NCBI GenBank assembly: GCA_903934875.1
Contig: CAIZPP010000177.1
Span: forward strand, 17,344 to 81,343
DNA: 64,000 nucleotides
From: an uncultured Methylococcaceae bacterium
Lineage (GTDB): Bacteria; Pseudomonadota; Gammaproteobacteria; Methylococcales; Methylococcaceae
Direction of reading: 5' to 3'
This document shows, piece after piece, positions 38,816-48,535 of this stretch. The stretch's first letter is position 1; every line of letters begins with the position of its first letter. The translations under genes were made by a program, and so were the position numbers. The notes beneath the pieces were generated by a model. The model did not search any database. It had not been told where the DNA came from and saw only the letters and a program-made list of their open reading frames with translations.

Positions 38816-41800
38816 TCACAAAGCCCTGGCAAGACGAAAGCCCTGGTCGTAGTTCGAGTCATCTGGCCTGTACCAGTTGCGGAAGGCCGAACGCAGGATC
38901 TGAGGGAAATTGATCCACGAACCCCCGCGAACCCCCCGGTCACAATTCGCGGCCCCGCCCCAAGCCGAACCGTCCGTCGGTGCACCTTGGTAACTATCAT
39001 GCCAGCAGTCCGCCACCCATTCCCACACATTGCCGGCCGTGTCATGCAGCCCCCAAGGATTGGCGGCGAAGGAACCCACAGGGGCGGTTTGTTTACCATC
39101 CCATACACTGCCACCACCGCCTCCATTCGCATGGTTCTTGCCCAAGGCATCGCCCCACCAATAGGCCGTGGTGGTACCGGCGCGGGCGGCATATTCCCAT
39201 TCCGCCTCGCTCGGCAGACGGTAGGTCTGGCCGGTTTGCCGGGACAGCCACGCGGCGTAGTCTTGGGCGTCTTGCCAACTGACGTTGATCACAGGCCGTG
39301 TGCCCCGGCCCCAGCCGTTGTCAGCAGGCAGTTTTTTTCCGCTGGCTTGGGCGTAGCGGTCATAGTCGTCAAACGTCACTTCATCGCGGCCGATGGCAAA
39401 GGCGCGGGGTATGGTCACACTGTGTTGCGGGCCTTCGTCTGGATAACGCCCGTTTTCTGTAGTCGGCGAACCCATGCTGAACTGACCGGTGGGGATGGAC
39501 ACCATGACCGGGCCTAGGCCACCGTATTGCAACGGGTCTTGGAAGGTTTGCGGCTGGGCAGCCTGCTTATTCCACAGCAAGTCATTGAAAGCGGCCCGCG
39601 CCTGATAGCTATGGGCAAGGCTCACGCGCAAACCGGTGGACTCAGGCATGGGCAGCAAGCGGGCATCCACGCCATAGCCCACATGCCGCAGCGTCTTCGC
39701 CAGCCGTTGCGCCGCCGCTTCAGCAGCGGGGGGGTAACTAATGCTATCGGCCTGGGCACTCGTTACGGGCCGCAGCGCGGCGACCCGGAAGCCCTGCGGG
39801 ACTAGACTGGCTTGCAGGGCTAGAGCCAACGCCTGGGTTTGGCCCAAATAGTCTATGCTTACCAGCCAGCGCCCATTTTCATGGGCCAACTGGGTTTGCC
39901 ATTGCCGCACCAGCCAGTCCTTGCCCTGGGTTTCCCACCAGCCGCCGCCACCCCAACTTGCTAGGCCAGCGAACACGACAGCCCATACGGCGGGCCTTAA
40001 ATCCCAACGGTTGCGGCCCTGAAGAAATATCCCGGCGAGGATTTGCGGCAAGCGGAATTGCCAAAAATCCAGCCGCTTGCCGCGCAGGATTTGCACAAAG
40101 ATGGGGTCGCCCAGCGCACCGGCGCGGTCAGTGCGCAGTAGGTCTTTGACCAGTTTGCGCAAGGGTTCCAGCACCGTGATGCCACCCTGCCCAGTTTGAC
40201 GGCTAAACAGTGCCTCCCAAGTGTCGCGGATGTGCAAGCGCTCGGCATCGCCGGCTTGGCGCAGCAGGTGTATGCGCATATAGCGGGGGAAATAGGCATG
40301 GGTGAACCAAGGCAATTTCAGCAAGCGCGTCAAACGGGCCTCGCGGGCTTCGGCTAGCCCGGCTTGCTGGCCTTCAAAGCATAGATAATCCACCGCCTGG
40401 GTGAGTTTCCATTGGCATTCCGGGAAGGCGACCAGGGTTTGCAACAAAGCCCAACCATCCTCATGCAGATAGGCGCGGAGTTCTCGGGCCAGCGTGGCCA
40501 ACGGAATGTCACTGGGCGGGCTGGGTTTCAACCAGCGCTGGGGGTAGTCGGCAATGCTGTCGGGCAGGGGGTCTTGCGCCTCGCTTTCGCGCAGGGCCGA
40601 CACCGGCCAAGCCTCGTCGGCGGACAAATAAACGGCCAAATCGGCAAGGCTTAAGCTGGCCAGGGGCAGATACAGAAAGCCTTTAAGCAACAGCAGCCGC
40701 GCATCCAAGGCATCCACCTCACCGGCACCCAGCCAGACCCGTTGCGGCCAAGCCGCAAAATCATCCAGCCAAAGGCGCGGCTGCCCCGTGGCCGGGTGGA
40801 ACAGAATGCGGCCTTCGCTGATGATGATGAGGCGCGCGCAATCATGGCGCAAGGCCAATTCGCCCAAGCTTAGAGGCCCGCCCTCCGCAAGCGGCCAGGG
40901 GATGAGTTGGCTAGGGCTGTCGAGGAAACGGTAGCTTTCGGTCGTGAGTCTGGCCTCGCGGAAGCGCCGCACCAGTTCTTCCCCCAGCAGGGCCTGCTGG
41001 TCGTGGATATGCTGGCTGTGCACGAGGATCAGGTACACCGGGCGTTCCAAGCATAGCCTGTGACAGGGGACGAAATAACCGGCTTGGCGGGCGGTGGCTT
41101 GGACGGTCTTGGCGATGTGCAGGCGGCGGGACTCGCCATAGGACACCCGGCCCAAACTATTTAAAGCTTGCTCGGACTGGCCTCCGCCGTATAGCGGCTG
41201 AGCGGGGTTGGCAAAATCCAAATCCCGCGCCACCTCGTCGCCGTCCGGCGTGTCGGTTTCGAGTATCTTCGGCCGGCCGAGGTAGCATCGATAAAGCCAA
41301 AGCAGGGCCAGCAGGCAAGGCAACAAGCGCAGCGCCAGCCCCACCCGCCCTCGCGCCTGTTCCCAAGCCGGCGGCAGGCGGACGGGTTCCGGCAGGCGGT
41401 TGGGTGGTGCCCAATCGTCGACCTTGACGGCGGGCGGCTGGCCGGCTGGGACAGTGGCAGGCTGGGTTGCAATAGTGGGCAGTGGCGGCGGCGCTACAAT
41501 TGGGTCTGCGGGCGGGTTTAAGGCCAGTGTCGCCCAAAGCCCTGCCAACAGCAGCAATAGTGCCAGCAAACCTATGCTTTGCCGACGGTCGAAGCGTCGC
41601 AACCTGTTCTGCCAACGCTGCCAAGGCGTACTGTCGAACGTGCTGAATTGGCCGGAGGTGGACAGCGTGTCCGTGCCGCTCAACCATTGCGCCACAATGT
41701 GGGGAAAGCGGGCCTGCTCCTCTGGTCCGCGACAGAGCAAAGGCCCGATCAGCCGGGCCAGTTCCTCAGGCTTGTCGGGCCCGGGTATGCGCCCTTGCTG

Positions 41801-41935
41801 AAAGCGCAGCGCCAGCAAATCATGCACCGTCTGCCAAGCGTCCGGGCCACGCGGCATGTCGTGCCGGCGCAGCAGCTCATCTAGCGCGGCCAGATCAAGC
41901 AGGGCATGCTGGCCGCTTGGAATTGCCTTAGGCAT
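38816..41935 (-). CDS. DGR target protein 2: 1039-aa membrane protein with a C-terminal FGE/CLec-fold domain carrying variable repeat 2
   Basis: Predicted transmembrane helices near aa 150-170 and 235-255; the central region has no recognised domain. The C-terminal 280 aa are FGE-sulfatase-like (RLPSEAEWEYAARAG...GNVWEWVADCWHDSY...RGVRGGSW...GFRLARAL). Variable repeat 2 = 38828-38945. Confidence 0.8.
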   Translation of the reverse strand: MPKAIPSGQHALLDLAALDELLRRHDMPRGPDAWQTVHDLLALRFQQGRIPGPDKPEELARLIGPLLCRGPEEQARFPHIVAQWLSGTDTLSTSGQFSTFDSTPWQRWQNRLRRFDRRQSIGLLALLLLLAGLWATLALNPPADPIVAPPPLPTIATQPATVPAGQPPAVKVDDWAPPNRLPEPVRLPPAWEQARGRVGLALRLLPCLLALLWLYRCYLGRPKILETDTPDGDEVARDLDFANPAQPLYGGGQSEQALNSLGRVSYGESRRLHIAKTVQATARQAGYFVPCHRLCLERPVYLILVHSQHIHDQQALLGEELVRRFREARLTTESYRFLDSPSQLIPWPLAEGGPLSLGELALRHDCARLIIISEGRILFHPATGQPRLWLDDFAAWPQRVWLGAGEVDALDARLLLLKGFLYLPLASLSLADLAVYLSADEAWPVSALRESEAQDPLPDSIADYPQRWLKPSPPSDIPLATLARELRAYLHEDGWALLQTLVAFPECQWKLTQAVDYLCFEGQQAGLAEAREARLTRLLKLPWFTHAYFPRYMRIHLLRQAGDAERLHIRDTWEALFSRQTGQGGITVLEPLRKLVKDLLRTDRAGALGDPIFVQILRGKRLDFWQFRLPQILAGIFLQGRNRWDLRPAVWAVVFAGLASWGGGGWWETQGKDWLVRQWQTQLAHENGRWLVSIDYLGQTQALALALQASLVPQGFRVAALRPVTSAQADSISYPPAAEAAAQRLAKTLRHVGYGVDARLLPMPESTGLRVSLAHSYQARAAFNDLLWNKQAAQPQTFQDPLQYGGLGPVMVSIPTGQFSMGSPTTENGRYPDEGPQHSVTIPRAFAIGRDEVTFDDYDRYAQASGKKLPADNGWGRGTRPVINVSWQDAQDYAAWLSRQTGQTYRLPSEAEWEYAARAGTTTAYWWGDALGKNHANGGGGGSVWDGKQTAPVGSFAANPWGLHDTAGNVWEWVADCWHDSYQGAPTDGSAWGGAANCDRGVRGGSWINFPQILRSAFRNWYRPDDSNYDQGFRLARAL
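38828..38945 (-). repeat. DGR variable repeat 2
   Basis: Differs from the template repeat at about 16 positions, all template T (coding-strand A) except one G/A. Confidence 0.85.
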
Positions 41936-42258
41936 GGCCTGCCTTAAGGGGTTGGCCTAACAACTTTCCGAAAGAAATCAGGCAGACAAGTGCAGGAGAC
42001 CCGTCATTTCGGCAGGGATGCCGAAATCCAGCGTCCAAGGATGGCAAGCTTGGGTCCACGACCAGCATCCGTGTGTTCGGGGATGTGAAACTGCGGGTTC
42101 GCATACGAACTGCTCCAAACACTTGCAAAGTCGATAGGCTACCGTCCCTGGCCTGGATACCGGCAGCCATGCCGGTATGACGACGCTTTTGGTTCTGTAC
42201 GGCTGGCCTGTGACGATGATAACAACCGCTTGGAACCCTAAGCGTTTTCAGCCACATC

Positions 42259-43356
42259 CTAAGCACCGCCCCGGACCCAGGATTGGATCAGTTCCGCGCC
42301 TTTTTTTTGGTCATTTTGCAGTTTGAGCAGGGCATGGCGGGCGCTGCTGTGGAAAATCACATCCTGCCGGCCAGGGGCCAAGCCGGCCTCGGTTTGTTGG
42401 CGGCTAAGATAATACACCCAAGCCAACAGTTCCGCCACGGAAGGGGGTTTGTCGAGTTTCTTGCTTTCCCGCAGATGTTCGTACAGGGAAATGGCCTCAT
42501 CCATCAGCCTCAGCTTATCTGCTGCTATGTCCGGGCCGAAGCGTTGGAACAAGCGGTTTTTGACTATGCCCTCAATGCTGTATTTCGCCCCGCGATAAGG
42601 CGGCGGCTGCATGTGCAGGTACACACAACGGCGCAAAAATGCCTTGGGCAAAGGGCGCTCGTCGTTGCTGGTGATGATGATGACGGGACGGTACGGGTTG
42701 TCCGCGCCAATGGCGACTGCATCGGGAAAATATTCAAACAGCTCGGGGATTTTGAAGCTAAGCCTTTCGATTTCGTTGAGGATGTCATTGGGCACTTCGC
42801 GTGGCGCTTTGTCGATTTCGTCAATCAGCACGACGGCACGGCAAGGCTGGTGCGGGAGTTTTTCCCAGTCGGCCTGGCGCATCAGTTTCTTGCTAACTTG
42901 CTCGCGGCCTTGGGCATATAAGATGGCCTTGCCCAACGCTTCATAGGTGATGAATTCCTGCGGTTTGGAATTACCGTCGTCTTTTTTATGGAAGCGGCCC
43001 AGGGTGTCAAAGCGGTAAAACAACTCGCTGCTGTGGGTGTCGGACTTGACGGTGAAGCGCAGCGGCTGCGGGTCTTGCTCCGCGTCCAGCCCCTGCTGGT
43101 CCGGCAGAATCGGGAAGTTCAACTCCCAAGCGATGCTGCTGGCCAGTTCGGACTTGCCACAACCCGGCTCGCCAGTGACCAGCAAAGGCATGCCTAAGTC
43201 CAAGGCCACATTCACCGCCGCCGCCAATTCCGGCGAAGCCACATATTTGCTGGGGTCGGTCAACGGCGAGGGGTCCACCGGGCGGATATCGGCCCAAGCC
43301 TGCCGGGATTGGACACCTTCGCCGTGGTAGAGGGGTTTCGGGGTAGGGTTTGACAT
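42259..43356 (-). CDS. AAA+ ATPase (MoxR/AAA_5-like)
   Basis: Walker A GEPGCGKS; Walker B VVLIDEIDKAPR; sensor region. Its stop overlaps the upstream protease gene start. Confidence 0.7.
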   Translation of the reverse strand: MSNPTPKPLYHGEGVQSRQAWADIRPVDPSPLTDPSKYVASPELAAAVNVALDLGMPLLVTGEPGCGKSELASSIAWELNFPILPDQQGLDAEQDPQPLRFTVKSDTHSSELFYRFDTLGRFHKKDDGNSKPQEFITYEALGKAILYAQGREQVSKKLMRQADWEKLPHQPCRAVVLIDEIDKAPREVPNDILNEIERLSFKIPELFEYFPDAVAIGADNPYRPVIIITSNDERPLPKAFLRRCVYLHMQPPPYRGAKYSIEGIVKNRLFQRFGPDIAADKLRLMDEAISLYEHLRESKKLDKPPSVAELLAWVYYLSRQQTEAGLAPGRQDVIFHSSARHALLKLQNDQKKGAELIQSWVRGGA

Positions 43357-44873
43357 TATGAACTTCTCCCGGAATGGGCAGGTTGGGATAATACGGCTAG
43401 CAGGTCGTTTTTGATTTCTGCACGGATATGGCGATAAGGCTTGGGCTTGTTCGACGCGAAATGTTGGTCAGTGCGAAATTCGAGTTCTGATTGTTGCGAG
43501 GGGTCAAAACCCTGCGGTTCAAGCTCTCTTATCCAAGCATGTAAATGCGCCTTGCGCAGGGCCGGTGTGCGGTCTGGCTTGATGACGCGGCCTGCTTGCG
43601 ATAATTTTCCCTGCATACGAAAAACCCAGAATCTAAGCCAGCAGCGCCGCCACCCATTCAGCCAGCCACTGCGCCACCACGAAGTGCCATAGGGTTTTTT
43701 ATGCGACAAAATTAAGCAGTGCTGATGCCCCTCGCCATCGCAGGTGAGCTTTTCCCAAGCCTCGGCCATCCCGGCTATCCATGCATGGTTGTGGACTTGC
43801 CGGCCAATATCCAACTCAAACACCATAGGCGTTTGCTTGCCTAGCAGGGCATTTTTGATGTTCGCCTCGGTGAGGGCTTTTTTGATATCCTCCTCAGTGA
43901 GGGCTTTTTTGATGGCCTCCTCAGTGAGAGCTTTTTTGATGTCCTCCGCGGTGACGGATGGCACAATAAGCTTGTTCCCGAGCAATTCCCATAAGACTTC
44001 CTCGGGCTTCCTAGACCCTAAGGAATCGCCGGATAGCGTGAGTGGTGCAGGGGCGAGTTGGTCGCCGCCCAATTGGTGTATAAGCTTGAACCCCAGCGAG
44101 TCGGGACACTCCACGTCAAAATCCGTAAACACACAAGCCGTGGCCTTGAAAGTGCCTAAGCGGCTCCGGTCGGGTATCACCAGCTTGATCTGCCTCGCTT
44201 GGGCCTCAGTCTTGACCAAGGAACTCAAAAACCACAAGTCGCGCTTGATGAGGGTGTCCTGCTGTTGGCAACCGCCAATAGCCTGGGCGAAGCCAGGAAT
44301 AGTGTACAGTTTCCAGGTTGGGATTGCATTGAAACGCCGGCCCCGAAAGACTTTGGGCGCGGAAACAATCACTCCGATAATGCCGCTTCCACTGAACACC
44401 GGGCCACCCGATACGCCTTGCCACAAGGATTCATCGTTGGTGGCGTAATCCTCACCCAATTGGAACTCCCATTCCTTGTCTGCCCTCAAGAGGACTTTCC
44501 CGCCTAATGGAACCGGTGGGGAACGGCCATTGTCTTGTGCACCGGCGATGGCGAAACCGGCACCCTCCCACGGGTCACGGTTGCTTGGCTTGGCGCGGTT
44601 TAGCCTGCCATAAGCCTCGGCCCCGGCCGGGAACAGGCATTCAAGCACGGCCACATCAATCTCTTCGCCTCCGTGCCAATGAATCTTTTTGACTTCCTTC
44701 CAATCGCGAAGCTGGCCGTCCTGATGATACCAGCGCACTTGGATGGGCCGGTCAGGGTCGCGGTTTGGCGGAAACAACACATGGCGGGCGGTCAGGATGC
44801 GCCCTGGGGCCACAGGGTAACCGGTGCCGACTGTCCCTTTGCCGTCGCTGGTGGGGACGAAAATTTGCACCAA
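43356..44873 (-). CDS. Trypsin-like serine protease with a C-terminal domain of unknown function containing 8-aa tandem repeats
   Basis: Catalytic His (LTARHVL), Asp (IDVAVLE) and Ser (WQGVSGGPVF, GDSGGP-like). (E/D)IKKALTE is repeated 4 times, encoded by 24-bp tandem DNA repeats at 43864-43959. Confidence 0.7.
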   Translation of the reverse strand: MVQIFVPTSDGKGTVGTGYPVAPGRILTARHVLFPPNRDPDRPIQVRWYHQDGQLRDWKEVKKIHWHGGEEIDVAVLECLFPAGAEAYGRLNRAKPSNRDPWEGAGFAIAGAQDNGRSPPVPLGGKVLLRADKEWEFQLGEDYATNDESLWQGVSGGPVFSGSGIIGVIVSAPKVFRGRRFNAIPTWKLYTIPGFAQAIGGCQQQDTLIKRDLWFLSSLVKTEAQARQIKLVIPDRSRLGTFKATACVFTDFDVECPDSLGFKLIHQLGGDQLAPAPLTLSGDSLGSRKPEEVLWELLGNKLIVPSVTAEDIKKALTEEAIKKALTEEDIKKALTEANIKNALLGKQTPMVFELDIGRQVHNHAWIAGMAEAWEKLTCDGEGHQHCLILSHKKPYGTSWWRSGWLNGWRRCWLRFWVFRMQGKLSQAGRVIKPDRTPALRKAHLHAWIRELEPQGFDPSQQSELEFRTDQHFASNKPKPYRHIRAEIKNDLLAVLSQPAHSGRSS

Positions 44874-45093
44874 CAGATTATTGTCGATGGGTCATCTCCT
44901 TTCGGGGGTTATGCCGTTCGTGGTGAGCTTGTCGAACCATGAATGGCTTAACCGTCCATCCTTCGACTTCGCTCAGGACGAACGGTTAAGCCTTATTTGC
45001 TAGGGCTTTCGGGCAGGAAAGTCGGGCAACGGAAAAGATGTTGCCCGACCTACATACTTGACGCGCACCGTACATTGCCGACCCGTCGCCCGT

Positions 45094-45441
45094 CTAATCA
45101 TTCGGCCTGTCCGACGTTTGGCCGAGCAACACTTGCTTTGCCTCGGTTGGCTGCCGGGAACCAGCCTCCACTTGCTGCGGCTTCAACTTCAGCTTTAGCT
45201 TTTGCACGGCTTGCGTGGACATTTCCCCTTCCGCCTTGCTGTTGACGACCCAAAATTCGACCCCCGCCTCGCCACTGGCTTTCTTGGCCGATGTCACTGC
45301 GACCTCCAGTTCGACTTCCTCCAATAAGAAGCGGATTTCCCCGGCGTTGCCTTCGCTTTGGGCCTTGATCAATTCTTTGCGCAAATCGCCGATGAGTTGC
45401 GCAAGCCCGATTCGGTTGTCATCTTTCATAAGTTTCTCCAT
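45094..45441 (-). CDS. trypco2-like (trypsin co-occurring domain 2) small protein
   Basis: ...IGLAQLIGDLRKEL...IRFLLEEVELEVAVTSAKKASGEAGVEFWVVNSKAEG...QKLKLKLKP pattern, recalled from memory of trypco2 family members; immediately upstream of the protease gene. Confidence 0.5.
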   Translation of the reverse strand: MEKLMKDDNRIGLAQLIGDLRKELIKAQSEGNAGEIRFLLEEVELEVAVTSAKKASGEAGVEFWVVNSKAEGEMSTQAVQKLKLKLKPQQVEAGSRQPTEAKQVLLGQTSDRPND

Positions 45442-45444
45442 CTG

Positions 45445-45744
45445 TTAACAGACCAAAACATCCCCGCCCTTTTCGTCCCCGCAAATATACTCAAGCGCTT
45501 GCCGGTTGCGCGGCGGGCTTTCCTGCGTGGCTGAATAGGCTTCCAGAATGGGACGGAAGTATCGCTCCGTTGCAGGCGTGGCGTAGACGAGATAGGCCAG
45601 GCCGTCTTCGCTCCAGCATCCAAACAAAGCCATGCCCGGCGGACCGTTGCGGGACAGGTAGGCAGCGCGGAAGGCACCCCGGAGGATGTCCACTTCGCCC
45701 GATGCGTATTCCTGCCGGGTCAGGTGTATGCAATGCCACGCCAT
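45445..45744 (-). CDS. Hypothetical protein, probably co-transcribed with the trypco2 gene
   Basis: 99-aa ORF ending 4 nt before the trypco2 start; no recognisable family. Confidence 0.35.
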   Translation of the reverse strand: MAWHCIHLTRQEYASGEVDILRGAFRAAYLSRNGPPGMALFGCWSEDGLAYLVYATPATERYFRPILEAYSATQESPPRNRQALEYICGDEKGGDVLVC

Positions 45745-45770
45745 GTCCTTAGGCCGCCTTGCCGGATGCC

Positions 45771-46553
45771 TTAGGCATCGGGCTTCCCGCCAAACAAGGC
45801 CCAGTAATTCCGGGAACTTTGTTCGGCGACTGTGCCCAAGGGTATTGCGCGCAAATCGGCAACGAATTGGGCAACATGGCGGACATGATGCGGATAGTTG
45901 GGTTTGCCGCGATGGGGAATTGGTGCCAGATAGGGCGAGTCGGTTTCGACTAGGTAGCGGTCTTCAGGCACCTTGCGGGCCGCTTCTTGGATTTGCGCGG
46001 CATTTTTGAACGTGACGATGCCGGAGAAAGAGATATGGAAATTCAGGTCCAGGGCGCGGCGGGCGGTTTCCCAGTCCTCGGTAAAGCAGTGCAGCACACC
46101 GCCGACCTCGTCCGCGCCTTCTTCCCGGAGTATGCGCAAAGTATCCTCCCTGGCATCACGGGTATGGATAATCAATGGTTTGCCGATCTGTTTGGCCGCA
46201 CGGATATGGCTGCGGAAGCGCTCATGCTGCCATTGCAAATCTCCCTCGCTACGGAAATAGTCCAGGCCGGTCTCCCCGATGGCGACAACTTGCGGATGGC
46301 CCGCCTTTTCGACCAATTCTGCCACGCCCGGCTCGTGGCAATCGTGCTCATTCGGATGCACCCCCACCGAGGCGGATATATTGGGCTGGCCATCCACCAG
46401 TTCCATCATGGCAGGCCATTTTTCCATGCTAATGGAAACGCACAGCATGTGGGCTATGCCTAGGGCTTGGGTTGCCGTGACGAAATGCCGGAAATCGCCG
46501 CCGTAAGGTTTGAGATCGAGTCGGTCCAAATGGCAATGGGAGTCGATTAGCAT
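45771..46553 (-). CDS. tatD: TatD-family metal-dependent DNase/hydrolase
   Basis: MLIDSHCHLD...; start moved to the internal Met (the track ORF is longer). Confidence 0.8.
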   Translation of the reverse strand: MLIDSHCHLDRLDLKPYGGDFRHFVTATQALGIAHMLCVSISMEKWPAMMELVDGQPNISASVGVHPNEHDCHEPGVAELVEKAGHPQVVAIGETGLDYFRSEGDLQWQHERFRSHIRAAKQIGKPLIIHTRDAREDTLRILREEGADEVGGVLHCFTEDWETARRALDLNFHISFSGIVTFKNAAQIQEAARKVPEDRYLVETDSPYLAPIPHRGKPNYPHHVRHVAQFVADLRAIPLGTVAEQSSRNYWALFGGKPDA

Positions 46554-46560
46554 ACAGCGT

Positions 46561-46917
46561 TCACATGGTATGGGTGGGGCGCTCTGATTCAAGGGCACCG
46601 GCAAGGTAGTTTTCGATGCGGTTGCGGGTTGTGCCATTATCCTTGTCGCTGAACTGCACACCAATGCCGGTCGAGCGGTAGCCTTCCGAGTTGCGCGGAG
46701 TGACCCAGATGACTTTTCCCGCCACCGGGATGCGTTCGGGTTCGTCCATCAGATTGAGCAATATAAACACATCATCACCCAATTGATAACTCTTGTTGGT
46801 GGGTATGAACAGCCCGCCATTTTGCACAAAAGGCATATAGGCCGCATACAAGGCATTCTTGTCGCGGATCGTGAGAGAAAGAATCCCCCCCCGGCCTTCA
46901 GATTGTTCGTCGGTCAT
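46561..46917 (-). CDS. pilZ: PilZ-domain protein
   Basis: 118 aa with a PilZ beta-barrel; conserved position downstream of holB. Confidence 0.65.
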   Translation of the reverse strand: MTDEQSEGRGGILSLTIRDKNALYAAYMPFVQNGGLFIPTNKSYQLGDDVFILLNLMDEPERIPVAGKVIWVTPRNSEGYRSTGIGVQFSDKDNGTTRNRIENYLAGALESERPTHTM

Positions 46918-47927
46918 TTAGGCAATTGGATTAAGTCTTTAGTTTGGCTGCGCTGCCAATGGATTAACAATTCTTCCAGAAGAAGTTGCCGGTTAACTTG
47001 GCCCAAAAGCATCTTGCGTGCGGCATTCAATCGGTCCAGAAACCTAAATAAATGGCGTAAGTTTGTTTTTTGGGCCAAGATTCGCAAGTGTTCTGCCAAA
47101 TCGGGGTTTTCAACTCCCCTCATGCGGGTGGCGGCCCGCAGGCGGATCATATCCATGATCCAGCAAACCATCCAATCGACGAGAGTCTCGGATGAGTATT
47201 TGGACCATTCTTCCGCCAACACAGCAGGCTCCATGCCACCTTTCGCCAGATCGCACCAAGCGGAAAAAAATTCATCGCGCTTTTCTACGCTGCCATCATT
47301 GGCCAATCCTAAGGCCTTGAGCGGGGCACCACGCGCCAAAGCCAGCAAAACCCCGGCGCGGCTCCCATCCTGCCCCTGTTTCGCCAGCCATGCAAGTGCC
47401 ATAGCCCGATCTGGAACAGGGATATCCATGCGTTGGCAACGGCTAAGGATAGTCGCCGGCAAAGCGTGTGGGGAATCGGTGAGCAACAACAGCGTAGTGT
47501 GTTCATCCGGTTCCTCCAAGGTTTTCAGCAAACTGTTGGCGGAAGATACATTCATTTGCTGCGCTGGGTTGATCAGCACCACGCGTCTTCCGCTATATTG
47601 GGGCTTAAGCGCCAAATTTGCAATCAATCCGCGAATGGCATCCACAGGGATGATTTTACCAGTTTCCTCGGGTTCGATACGGAGGAAATCTGGATGCGTC
47701 TTCGCCTCAAACAAACGGCAACTGGCACATTCACCGCAGGCATATTCTTGCGGGGCGCGGCACAGTAGGCGTTTGCTGAAAGTTTCCGCCAATAGTGTCT
47801 TGCCAATCCCAATCCTTCCGACAATCAGCAAGGCTTGGGGCACACGGCCACAGCGGACATGGGAGCTTAGCCTATGCCAGTGGGTAGCCAGCCAATGCAT
47901 GTCATCCATCAGGTTCATTGCCCGCAC
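46914..47927 (-). CDS. holB: DNA polymerase III subunit delta'
   Basis: AAA+ clamp-loader fold, ...HALLIVGRIGIGKTLLA... and the Zn module CGECASC. Confidence 0.85.
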   Translation of the reverse strand: MRAMNLMDDMHWLATHWHRLSSHVRCGRVPQALLIVGRIGIGKTLLAETFSKRLLCRAPQEYACGECASCRLFEAKTHPDFLRIEPEETGKIIPVDAIRGLIANLALKPQYSGRRVVLINPAQQMNVSSANSLLKTLEEPDEHTTLLLLTDSPHALPATILSRCQRMDIPVPDRAMALAWLAKQGQDGSRAGVLLALARGAPLKALGLANDGSVEKRDEFFSAWCDLAKGGMEPAVLAEEWSKYSSETLVDWMVCWIMDMIRLRAATRMRGVENPDLAEHLRILAQKTNLRHLFRFLDRLNAARKMLLGQVNRQLLLEELLIHWQRSQTKDLIQLPK

Positions 47928-48535
47928 AGATGGTTCAGATGAGTGGCAATGGCCTCCTCCACCTCTACAATTGGGCGGGAAGCGTCAATGAGTTTGACGC
48001 GGTTCGGAAAACGCCCGGCCAAGCGCAAATAAGTCTCCCGCACCCGTTCATAAAACGCTAGCGTCTCTTTCTCCATGCGGTCAATGGGACCGCGTTTTTT
48101 AGCCCTAGCCATGCCAACTTCTACGGGGGCGTCGAACAGCAGGGTCAAATCAGGCTGGCGGCCTTTTTGCACCCTTTCCTCCAAAGCGAGGATAAACTCG
48201 GCATCCACCTGCCGCCCGCCTCCTTGGTAGGCATAGCTGGCATCAGTAAAGCGGTCACACACCACCCATGCGCCCGATTCCAGCGCGGGTTCGATGACAT
48301 CAAGCAAGTGTTGGGCGCGGGCTGCGAAGACTAGCAACAATTCGGTCTCAGGGGAGACTTCCCCATCCCCCAAAAAGAGGGCGCGGATTTTCTCGCCCAC
48401 CGGCGTCCCCCCCGGTTCGCGGGTGGCAAGCACCCGCTTCCCCCGGCGTTCAAGGAATTCTCGCACAAACCGCAAATTGGTCGTTTTGCCCACTCCTTCC
48501 CCACCTTCCAGGGTAATGAAATAGCCCTTATTCAT
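47915..48535 (-). CDS. tmk: Thymidylate kinase
   Basis: GYFITLEGGEGVGKTT P-loop; DRF lid motif. Confidence 0.9.
   Translation of the reverse strand: MNKGYFITLEGGEGVGKTTNLRFVREFLERRGKRVLATREPGGTPVGEKIRALFLGDGEVSPETELLLVFAARAQHLLDVIEPALESGAWVVCDRFTDASYAYQGGGRQVDAEFILALEERVQKGRQPDLTLLFDAPVEVGMARAKKRGPIDRMEKETLAFYERVRETYLRLAGRFPNRVKLIDASRPIVEVEEAIATHLNHLCGQ

Noticed and set aside
41928-42266. 112-aa ORF in the intergenic region between target 2 and the AAA ATPase gene
   Set aside because: No homology and odd composition. The region more likely holds the promoter and 5' UTR of the target 2 transcript, or is simply a spacer; a small hairpin (taccggca...tgccggta) is present.
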